Below the pieces are notes generated by a model. It made no database searches and was not told where the DNA came from. It saw only the letters and a program-made list of their open reading frames with translations. This document shows positions 53,614 to 64,000 of a stretch of 64,000 nt of DNA, piece after piece (position 1 is the first letter of the stretch; every line of letters begins with the position of its first letter). The DNA comes from an uncultured Arcobacter sp. (GTDB taxonomy: Bacteria > Campylobacterota > Campylobacteria > Campylobacterales > Arcobacteraceae): the NCBI GenBank assembly GCA_965140705.1, contig OZ223302.1, positions 32,001 through 96,000 of the forward strand, given 5' to 3'. The translations under genes and the position numbers were made by a program.

Positions 53614-56196
53614 TCATTTTTTTTTAAGCTTATCTAGATTGATAAACATTTTTTGTTTTAAATCATTAAATGCTGCTGGTTTTTACAATATATCTGACAT
53701 TCCTGATTTAAAAGCTGTTTTTTCTTCATTTTCTCCAATTAATGCTGTATATCCAACTATTATGCATTGACTATAATTTTCTTTTTAAATTTTCTGAGTT
53801 ATTCTTTTTGAAGCTTCAAAGCCATTCATAATAGGCATTTCGCAATCCATAACAATTAATTAAAGATTTGAAGTATTTTACTTTTCATTCAATAAAACAA
53901 AAGTATCAACTGCTTGCTTTCCATTACTTGATTTTAATATCTTAAATTTTGAGCTGATTTTTTCAAGTTAGCTTTTGAGTACAAGTAAATTAAATACATT
54001 ATCATCTACAATTAAAATATTTATTATCTCTTCAAATGAGTTCAAAACGCTTTCATGCATTAATTTAATCTCACTTTCTTAGTCCTAATTAGAAAATATT
54101 TTTGACATTGCGTCATATTCAACACAATATATTTTGTTTTAAGATATTTGAGAATAATCATCAGAATAAACCTCTCCACTTTTAATTTCTTCATTTTCTG
54201 CACTAAATAATGATTAATCCTTTTCTTTAATAGAATTATTCAAATTGGGATTTTATAAATCAGTATAAACCACAAACGAAAATTTCGATCCTTTTCCAAC
54301 TTAAGTTTTCACATTAAAAAAATTATCAGGACCAAGTAATCCAATTAATTATTTGCAAAAGTTAAGGCCTAGCCCAATACCTCCTTAATTTTTGTTTGTA
54401 TTTGTAGAAAATGTTGCAAAGGGCTTTCCTAAATTATCTACAACATCCTATTCAATGCCAGAGCCAGTATCTTCCACTGTAAATTTGACTCGGCTCTCAA
54501 AAGTTGAAGTCTTTACAATTAGTTTGATAAATCCTTAATCTGTAAATTTTATGGCATTTGAAAGCAGATTAATTAATATTTATTTTAATCTTCTTAGATC
54601 TGAAGTAATTTATAAATCCTTAGCTTTATTTTTAATAAAAAAATTGATTCCCTTTAATTCAGTCTAAATATTCATTAAATTAAACACAGATTTTAACAAA
54701 GTCTACAAATTAAATTCAGAAATTATCAATCTTAATTTATTATCCTTCATTTACGAATAATCCAAAATATCATTAATCATATTCATCAATAAATCAGTAT
54801 TCACAAGAGACATATCAAGATCAGCAATCCTCTAAGCTTTATTATTTTATTCCTTTGATTAAGTGATTAAATAATTGATTGCATTTAATGGTGTTCGTAA
54901 ATCATGTGATACATTTGCTAGTAAACGATCCTTGTATTTATCTTACTCTTGAAGTGATCTTAATTCATCCTCTTAGCTTATATTTTCTATTCGAAGTAAA
55001 AATTAGGTTTCGGAGTTCCAGACAAAGGGACAGAGACTTATTAAAAGCTTTTTATTCTAAAAAACAAAAGTTAAACTATAAGAAAATTACTGTTTAAAAT
55101 ATTCCTTGAAGTGCTAATTTATTCTCATTAATTTTGGTTTTTTTATCTTTATAATTTGCTATAAAGTCATTTATTTTCTATTACAAAGTCATAGTATTTG
55201 TCGTTATGCGATCATCATCATTTATAATTTTTATTTCGGATAAGAAATTATAAAAATTCTCGTCGGATTAGAAATTATATGTTTATTTTGCAAATTTATT
55301 TATTTCAATTAATTTCTAATAATTTTAAATTATAAAAAAATAAAATAAAAACCCAATTACAGATAGTATTAAAATTTTCTTGTTCTTAGGTATTTAAGAG
55401 GAAATTTTATTATTCACTTATTTTCCTAGAATTTTATTGAAATTTTTTCAATTATGGCTTTTTTTAAATTAAAGCTGTAAGTCCTGGAAATACTTCAAAC
55501 ATGATATATTTTCATATTTCTAAATTTTTTTTTTATATTAAATAAAGCTCTAAAAAATTTTTTCTCATATTTCTTTCTTTGTAAAATCTTGAAATCAATA
55601 ATAAAATGGACTTTTTGTATTAATAAATGACTAAAAAAAATGATTACAAAGTAATTAAATAGAAATTTATAATAATATTCTTTGGATTCATAAGAGTTGA
55701 TAGCAAATGTTGATATAATAATTTAAATAATGAACAAAATATTGGAAAAAGTAATATTAATTCCAATAAAAAACATAAGTATTTAAATGCTTCAAAAATA
55801 TAAGGAATAAGCAAAGATAAGTTCTGATGAACCTTATTACTACCAATAAAAGTAAAAAATAAAAAAATAATAATAAACATTTTATGAATAGTAAATAATT
55901 ATTCCAGAAATAGTTATATAAAACCCACCTACCTAGCAACAAGAGATTCCAAGGCTTGGTTTTTTTCAAATTAGTTAATAGAATAAAACAAGAATAATCA
56001 CTGTGCCTAGATTCGTTATAAGAATTAGGTATTCAGCTTTTACTTCACTCATTAATTGAAAACTAAAATACATTGTTTAAGCAAACACACCCAGAATAAT
56101 TGTGATCGAGAGTAAATAAATATTAGTTTTGTAATGTAATTCATCATATTTGTTTTAAACTTCCTTGTTTTCAAATTGTAGGGTTAACCAATTCAT
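53614..56196 (-). CDS. Membrane-bound hybrid histidine kinase (TM region, HisKA, HATPase_c, receiver)
   Basis: LLANVSHDLRTPLNAI; RRLKQILINLLSNAIKFT; VEDTGSGI; GGIGLGL; ILIVDDNVFN; MDCEMPIMNGFEA; GMSDILQKP. Uses TAR=Gln like its neighbours. Confidence 0.93.
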
Positions 56197-56357
56197 TCTT
56201 TTTTTCTAACTTCTTATTTTTAATTAATAAAAAATAAAACGATTATTTGATTTTTAACAAATATTGATAGTAAATCTTAAATTGTAAAAAACAAAAAAAA
56301 TTTTAAAAAAAAATGATACTATATTTAGACATATAAAATTTTAATAATGAATAATAA

Positions 56358-57853
56358 TCATTTATTTGGTGTTGTTCCTTCTTCTCATTTTTTTTTTTTT
56401 AACTTTCTGCTAAACTCTTTAAAAGTACTATGAAATAAAAATAAAAATGTATTTGCTTACCATCTTAATTTATTAAATTCTAAATCATTCATTTTCTAAT
56501 TAACATTCTTAAACGAATATTCTTAAATTTCATTTTCAATAACTAAAATAGAAATAATAATAAAAATTAAACTATCAGAAAAAGCATTCTTATACAAATT
56601 GATTGACTTATTAGCACTAGCAAAACTGCTATTCTTATTTTCATTTCAGAATTCTTAAATACCCTTGATCCCAATACTGGACAATTTAGACTAAGAATAA
56701 TAACTAGCAGTCTCAGGTGGCATTAGATTGACAGCTAGGTTTTCCCCAAATTTTGATTATTTTTACTTATCATTTAAAAAATAAGATAAAGGTGGTAGAT
56801 CCTATTAAGATCCAGACACTTTGGAAGCAGGTGAGGCGTTTCCTGTCACTAATTTATTAGGGTTTTCAAGCTAAGGATGTTTAGAATTATGCACTGGCTT
56901 CCTTTAGCCAAAGTTTGATTAACTCTTTCAATCCCATTTAGTATCTAATGGAAAACCCTCTTGAGTCGAGATTTCCTTTAATTATCCTATTAAGTATGAG
57001 TAATCCGGTTTTTCTGTAAAGGTCAGACTCTTTGAATAAGTAATTATATTAACGAATTGTTCAGGTAAATTCTTGCAAAGTTCTTCAGGGGTAATTTTTT
57101 ATTTCATTTCTCCGACTTTTCGAGTCTTATCAGCATCTGTGCTTTGTACACTTTATCAGGGCAATGAACCCTTTGCTAGAATTATTAAAACGTAAGCAAG
57201 ACTTTCCAGATCATCCTTTCGGGATAATTCTATTCCAAGATGCGCTGATAAACTAGCATAACGTGTTGTTCCCAGGAATTACTTACCTTCTTTAAAGGGA
57301 ATGTGCTTCCCGTTAGAGTCCTTGAAATGCTTCGAAATCCCAAAATCTACTAGAAATACTTGATCACTATCATTATTTTTTCCCATTACAATATTTTCAG
57401 GCTTGATATCACGATGAGCAATGCCAGCACTATGGCAGCCCTCCAGAATTTCAATTAATTAAATGCCTAACATAATAACAGTTTTCAATGAAAATTGCTT
57501 AAGTATTCTGAGATAAGATCCCAGATCACGGCCCAATAATTGCATTACTAAAACATCATAAGCGCCCATTCTTCCTTGCCAGTAAGTTTTGCAAATGCCT
57601 CGAATGTTTTGGAGCTTTTCTACTAGAGAGGCTTCTCGAAGCACTGAGATTATTCCATCCTCGCTCTGTTGAAAAATTAAAGGGGGGAAATATAAATTAC
57701 ATTATTTTTTTCAATCTTTATTGCTATTTATTCGTTCGTTTCTAAATTTGTTCCAGAATACACTGTTCCAAATGAACCTGAATTTATTTTTTTATTTGCT
57801 TAATATATTCCATGGAATATCAGTTTTTCCTCCTCTTTGTGTTCATCTACCAT
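56358..57853 (-). CDS. Casein kinase 1 family kinase
   Basis: [72 protein letters not shown](TGA)(TAA); EKPDY. Confidence 0.95.
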
Positions 57854-57974
57854 TTTGACTTTGTTTGTTATAATAAAGTAAAAAAACAAAAATATTATTA
57901 AATTTATAAAAAATAAAAATTAAAGGAAATTGAATTTTGATATTTGAGAAAAAATAGATAATTGATAAATTTTC

Positions 57975-60214
57975 TCAATCGACTTCCTCCATCTTATTCT
58001 AAGCTTCCTCACTTTCTTTAGGTTGATCTTCCTTCTATAGATAATATTAAAGAATAATAAAAAAGTTACAATAAGTTCTGGCATTTCCTCATCAATCTTA
58101 TCATCCTCAATGCTCAATCCTAATTTAATCATTCTATGAATTCTATTAGCGAATTGACTGGAATCATCCAAGGAGAATCCAGAAGTCAATAGAGAAGTAT
58201 CAAACAACAACCAGATAAGATCCTTAACAGTCTTATCAGTTTTATCAGCATCGCTCTTTTTCTTCAATTCAACGACAATGGAGTGATTAGGGTTAATTTC
58301 CATAGTCTTCTTGGAGATCATATAAGTAGACATGGATGCATCCCTTAAGGCCTATGCCTTCATAATTCTTTCCATATTGGCTGACCAACCGTATTCTCCA
58401 GTGACTAAGACACAAGGGGATTCGGAGATTCTTTATCCGACAACAACCTTTTCAACCTTGTCTCCAAGGACTTCCTTGATCAATTTGCATAAGGGCTCAA
58501 AGGCTGTCTTGAGTTCTTCGAATTTCTTCTTAGCTTCTTCTTCTTCCTCAAGATCAAGTCCCTCCTTAGTGCAGTTCTTTAGTTTCTTTCCATCGAATTC
58601 CTTGAGTTATTGAATGACATATTCATCAATTGGGTCAACCATGAAAAGCACTTCATATCCTTTCTTTTTAAGTTGCTCAATGAAGGGAGAGTTCATAACG
58701 GCTTGTTTGCTCTCACCAGTTATGAAGTAGATATCCTTTTGTCCTTCCTTCATTCTTGACACGTAATCCTTCATTGAAGTCAAATCATCACCTGATTTAG
58801 TTGATTGGAATCTAAGGAATTCAGCCAATTTAGCTCTATTAGCTTGATCCTCATGAATTCCAAGCTTCAAATTCTTAGAAAATTGTTCGTAGAATTTCTT
58901 GAAATCCTCAGCATTTTCTTACAACTCAGTAAACATTTCCATGCATTTCTTCACAATATTCTTCTTAATCACCTTCAGGATCTTATTCTATTGCAAGAAT
59001 TCTCTTGAGATATTTAAAGGAAGATCCTCACTATCAACAACTCCCTTGATGAAACCCAAGTATTCAGGGATCAACTCCTCGCAGTTGTCCATAATAAACA
59101 CTCTTCTCACGTACAATTTTATGTTATTCTTCTTCTTCTTTGTTTCAAATAAATCAAATGGAGCACGCTTAGGCACATACAGAATTGACTTGAATTCCAG
59201 TTGTCCTTCAACTGAGAACTACTTCACAACTAAATGGTCCTCCCAATCGTTAGTCAAGCTCTTGTAGAAGCTAGAGTACTCTTCCTTGGTGATTGTGTCT
59301 GTCTTCCTCATCCAGATTGGCTTGGTCTTGTTCACTTATTCTAGTTCATGAGAGACCTCCTTGACCTTTTTAGTCTTCTTTTTCTTTTCTTCCTTTTCTT
59401 CAGTGATTTCAACATCATCTTTCTTTTCTCCCTCCTCACCTTCCTTCTTCTCTGCCTCTTCCTCCTTCTTCTCTTCCTCGCCTTCCTTCTTCTCTGGCTC
59501 TTCGCCCTCCTTCTTTTCTGCCTCAGGTTCAGCCTCATCATCTTCGATTTCCTTTTCAGTTGTTTTCTCAACCATCAAATTGATTTCAAAACTAATAAAC
59601 TCACTATGCTTTTTAATCAACTCCTTGATCCTCTTTTCCTCTAAGAATTCAAGATTGTCCTATTTCATGTACAACTGAATAATGGATCCCCTCTTCAATC
59701 CATAATCTTCATTGTCCTTAACAACAGTGAAAGTGCCACCAGCAGTACTCTCCCATTTCCATTGCTCCTCTGGGTTTTCCATGCTCTTTGAAATGACAAC
59801 AACCTTATCAGCAACGAGATAACTACTATAGAAGCCGACACCGAACTGTCCGATCATAGAAATATCAGCACCACTTTGAAGTGCTTCCATGAAGGCCTTA
59901 GTTCCGGATTTGGCTATTGTTCCTAAGTTGTTGATCAACTCCTATTTGGTCATTCCAATACCAGTATCCTTGATTGTTAACAGATTGTTAGTCCTGTCGG
60001 GGATGATTTCGATCTTGAAATTGGGTTCAAGTTCGTTGATCGATGAATCAGTGATGCTTTTGTAACGGATCTTGTCCAAGGCATCTGAACTGTTCGAGAT
60101 CAATTCTCTTAAGAAGATCTCTTTGTTAGAGTAGAAAGTGTTGATGATCAGTCCCATTAATTGTTGGATATCTGCATTGAATGCAAATTGTTCGGCTGGT
60201 TGTTCGGTTTCCAT
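57975..60214 (-). CDS. HSP90: Cytosolic Hsp90
   Basis: [70 protein letters not shown]; one 35-nt intron (58035-58069); ends MEEVD-TGA. Confidence 0.99.
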
Positions 60215-60311
60215 TTGGATTTTTACGTGAAGCGAAAATGATTTGACAAAACTATTTAAATTTTGGTTTTGGATTTTAGATTTCAAATTTTCATATAAGC
60301 TAAAAAAAAAT

Positions 60312-60326
60312 GTTCGGGAATGTTCT
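60312..60326. promoter_or_regulatory. Heat-shock element (three alternating nGAAn pentamers)
   Basis: gTTCg-gGAAt-gTTCt about 100 nt upstream of the Hsp90 ATG, in otherwise extremely AT-rich DNA. Confidence 0.85.
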
Positions 60327-60742
60327 CAGCTTAGCGAATCAATTAGTTTCAATAATTATTTTTTAATTCAGAAAAATCAATCTATTTTATTTATTTTCAA
60401 ATTTTTTATATAAAAATTTAAAAATATTCAAATATTTTATAAATTAAAAAAATAAATTTAATTTAAATTTTTTGACAATATAATTTACAATTATTTTCTT
60501 TTTATGCAAAGCTTTTCTTTAAAATTAGACAATCAAGAATAATAATTTTTTTTAATAATAAGAATGTGAGAATGTAAAAACAAATAATATTTTTTTAAAA
60601 TAAATAAATTTTTTGTAAATTATAAATATTAAACAAATAAATACTATTATTTTTGAAGTTTTAATAAAACAAATTTTACTAAATAGTTATCAGTAAAAGT
60701 AGAAATCAATTTCTACTATATTGCTTTTTGAAAATCATTGCG

Positions 60743-62003
60743 ATGAAGAATACTACATAATTTTGTAAAATAAAAGGCAAAAAATATTATCTTTAGCAAG
60801 AATCTAACCAATAACAATTACCTAATATCTCAAATTCAAAAACAAATTCAAGATAAATTAAAATTTTAGAAATTCAAGATAAAGAACTACCATAGTTTAT
60901 GAAGAATCCGATAAAATTTTGTAAAATAAAGGACAAAAAATATTATTTTTAGTAAGAATTATACTAATAACAATTGCATAACATCTAAAATTCAAAAAGA
61001 AATTCAAGATAAATTGAAACTTAAGATATTAAAGATAAAGATCTATAACAGCCTTAATATTTTAAATAGCATGACAACTTAAAAATCTCTTCAGGTAATT
61101 TAAAAATAGTTAGAATTTTTCATAGTAAATTAATAGAAAAATTGAAGTCTCAATGATTTATCAGAAAATACTTCAAATGAAAAAGATTATACACCAAAAT
61201 CGGATCAAACTGCAATAAATTAGGAAAATAAAAAACAATAATAAAATACGAAACAAAATCCATAATTATCTAGTTTTGCAAGATTACATGAAAAAAATGA
61301 ATTCATTTAAAATTAAAAAAAGACTAATAATGTTGCAGTTGAAAATTTAGAGAGTAACCAATTATAAGAATAAGAAAAACTAAATTAGCCATAATCATAA
61401 ATAAATAATTAAACTCCAGAAAAAAATGAAAACTATGAGAAACTAATATCCCATTGTGAAAATTAAAAAATTTAAATATCAGAACTCAAACTGAAAATAA
61501 AAAAATATTAAGTAGCTTTAGAACATGCTTAAAATGAAGAAAAAAATAATTAAAATTATTTAGTTCCACACTTTTCTTTAAAAAAACAATATTAATAATA
61601 GTCTCCAGACTCAAAAAGTATAATAACACGAGAAAAGATTTAATTAGATTAACGATCAACTTCAGCTTCTAATAACTAATTAATAGCTGAAGAATAAAAA
61701 ATACCTTCGTAAAAAAAATTTAGAGTTTAGCTTAATAATAAAAAATAACTATAAACCATCATAATTAATGAAGATAAATAAAGAAAAAATTCAAAGCACA
61801 AAAAGAAAAAGATAAATTTAATTATTCAAGATAGAGGCTCGAGAACAAAATTTCCTTAAATATCGCCAAACTATTCTAACAATAAGAAAGAAGAAAAATA
61901 ATTTATTTTTGAGGAAGAAAATAATTAGAAAACAAAAAGAGAGAAATATTTAAAATAAGTTCAAAAGTATGGTTAAGCTGCAAAATTATTTTAGTAAGAT
62001 TGA
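60743..62003 (+). CDS. Hypothetical Q/K/N-rich protein with a 52-codon N-terminal duplication
   Basis: MKNTTQFCKIKGKKYYLQQE is repeated as MKNPIKFCKIKDKKYYFQQE 156 nt later; frame ends LFQQD-TGA. Start tentative. Confidence 0.5.
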
Positions 62004-62197
62004 TTTCTATTTCAAATCCAGAAAATTGATAAAAAAATTTGTGTTTTATTCTTCAGATTATTATTAAAAGACTTTTTTTCTAACTAAATGTCCTTAATAC
62101 ATACAATTAATTATCAATTATTAAATTTAAATTAAACTTTGAAATATTTCAATTAATAAAAATAAAAATTTAAATTATAAATATTTAAATATTTGCA

Positions 62198-64000
62198 ATG
62201 AATTATTAATAAAAGGAAAAACTCAAAATAAAGGATCTAAGCAATTTGATAAAATAAGTAGCAAAAACCAATGATGCAATTCTTGGTCAAATCTAGGATA
62301 CATCTCCAAACATCAAAGCCTTTCCTTAATAATAACAATAATAAGTATCAAAAATTTAAATGGCATAATAAAATTTAAAATCTGCATTTGAACCTCAATC
62401 CTTTTAAAAATTTAGTGAAACGATAGTTAATTAAATAATTTTTTTTAATAAAAATACAAAAATTAGGATAAATTTCAATAGTCCTATCCAAGCTCAGAAT
62501 TGAGAACTCCTGTAATGACTGATTCTGAGAAAGGAAAATCTCCAGCAATTGAAACAAAATAATAATTTTAAAAAAATACTTAATGAAAGTAATAATAAGA
62601 ATAAATTTAATACTTAAAATAACCAAAATCTCTCTTAAGTATATTATTTATTTATTTCAAACATTTATTAATAAATAGTGAATTTTTTTGAAAAAGAGCC
62701 TAATTTAAAATAGTAATCAGCTTAAACATTTTAAAATGCTTCATATAATGAACTATCTTAATCAAATTCAAAATAGCAATAAATTATTGAAAAATAAAAT
62801 GAATAACTAACAAAACTAACAAAGAATTATGTATATTTAATAAATATTTAATTATTTTTTTTAAAGTAAATTCTTGAAATTTAACATAAATCACTTTTAT
62901 ATGAATATAATCAAACTTATAAAGAATTGCAAGAAGCTACAGAGAGAGAAATTGAATATAAACGCCATTTAAATTAATTGCTTGAACTTATTAATGAATA
63001 AGAATCCGCATTGAACTAATATTAACGAATTAATCTGACAAAATAATAGTAGTAGCTTTTAAATTAAGGGCAATAAGAAGATAATGTAAAAAAAGAAGAA
63101 AATAATGAACGCTTAGTTGAGTATGCTATGTTTTTGGAAAAAAATTAAAGTAATTTATAAGAAGAGTTAGAAAAAGAAAAAAAGAAAAATAATTAATTAA
63201 TTAATTAGATTAAATAAAAAAATTAAAATAATTTATAAGAAGAGTTAGAAAAAGAAAAAAAGAAAAATAATTAATTAATTAATTAGATCAAAAAATAATC
63301 ATAATAATAATAGGAATAGCCTTCTAAATAAAACAGCTAAAAAGTTTAAATTTGTTATAAATACTTAATTTAATTAGAAAAATGTTGAAGGACATTGTGC
63401 AAGAGATATTAATTCATTATTGCAAAAAATTAATCAGAAAATTTAAGTGATTGATGATAAAAAAATATTATTAGATAAATCATTAAATTAGCTTTTAAAT
63501 TCTTATTAAGATTCTTAGCAAATAAAAATAATTTTAAAAAAAATTGATGATGAAAGATCATTGCATTTAAAAAATATATAAAGTAAAATTTATAGAATTT
63601 TTATAAAATTTTGTAAAAGCTTTGATCATTCAACTCAATAAAAATGATTTATTAAAATTCTAAGATAAATACTTAATGTAAAAAACTAATTTCAAAAAAG
63701 CTTTAGGAGAAAAAGAAAAACTATAAGGTTTAAAAACTAATTTACAAGTTACAATTTTTTTTTTTCAAAAGAAACTCTTGCAGCTTAAAAACTTTAGTTA
63801 GATTCTAATAAAAATGAATTAGTGAATCTTGAAGAAAAAATAAAAGATTTCGAGGAAGAAATCAAGCTTAATACTTAACAACACGAAAGCATTACGAAAA
63901 ATCTTTAAAATAAAATCTAGCTTCAAGAAAAAAAGATCCAGAGTTTATCAAAAAAATTGATAAATGAAGTCACTGGATTTTAAACTTAATTATCAGAAAA
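62198..64000 (+). CDS. Coiled-coil hypothetical protein; runs off the window
   Basis: Starts MNYQQKEKLKIKDL; E/K/Q heptad-rich; exact 60-nt duplication at 63151 and 63229 (78-nt period, NLQEELEKEKKKNNQLINQI). Confidence 0.55.

Noticed and set aside
53614..56196. Bacterial contamination or recent HGT of the histidine kinase; mitochondrial or mollicute code for the contig
   Set aside because: The gene uses TAR=Gln and is embedded among intron-containing nuclear genes. Table 4 would need TAA/TAG as stops.
59655..59665. TAG at a position usually Glu in Hsp90 (MK-TAG-DNL), hinting at a UAG=Glu code
   Set aside because: TAG occupies invariant Gln sites elsewhere (LQ-TAG-NK, MKA-TAG-ALR, Atg4 G-TAG-M), so Gln is better supported.
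58332..59678. Several + strand ORFs overlapping Hsp90
   Set aside because: Antisense shadows of a GC-richer, codon-biased gene.

Overview
Very AT-rich, gene-dense eukaryotic DNA with the hallmarks of a ciliate somatic (macronuclear-type) genome: about 30 closely packed protein genes, short (mostly ~30-55 nt) GT-AG introns and intergenic gaps of roughly 80-400 nt. The supplied standard-code ORF track is mostly artefactual because the nuclear code is non-standard. TAA and TAG encode Gln. TGA occurs in-frame at invariant Trp positions of several unrelated conserved proteins (CK1 GSLP[TGA][TAA]=GSLPWQ, P4-ATPase IKV[TGA]MLTGDK, Atg4 I[TGA]FSYRR, TRIM37). TGA is also the terminator after conserved C-termini (Hsp90 MEEVD, RPB12 YEAR, CFAP418 WVCSGH). 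All three standard stop codons are therefore used as sense codons and TGA is a dual Trp/stop codon (NCBI table 27-like ambiguous code). Recognisable genes: Atg4, CFAP418/C8orf37, a Rubicon-homology protein, a double-FHA protein, a CAP-domain protein, TRIM37, an SF1-like multi-KH protein plus a truncated local paralogue, two MFS transporters, an SRRM1-like PWI protein, RPB12, an ankyrin protein, COMMD4, an AT-hook protein kinase, Alba, a P4-ATPase, a 3R-Myb, a hybrid histidine kinase, CK1 and Hsp90 with an upstream heat-shock element. All translations were done by eye. Ends of the hypothetical genes are approximate. No RNA genes, telomeres, transposons or CRISPR arrays were recognised.
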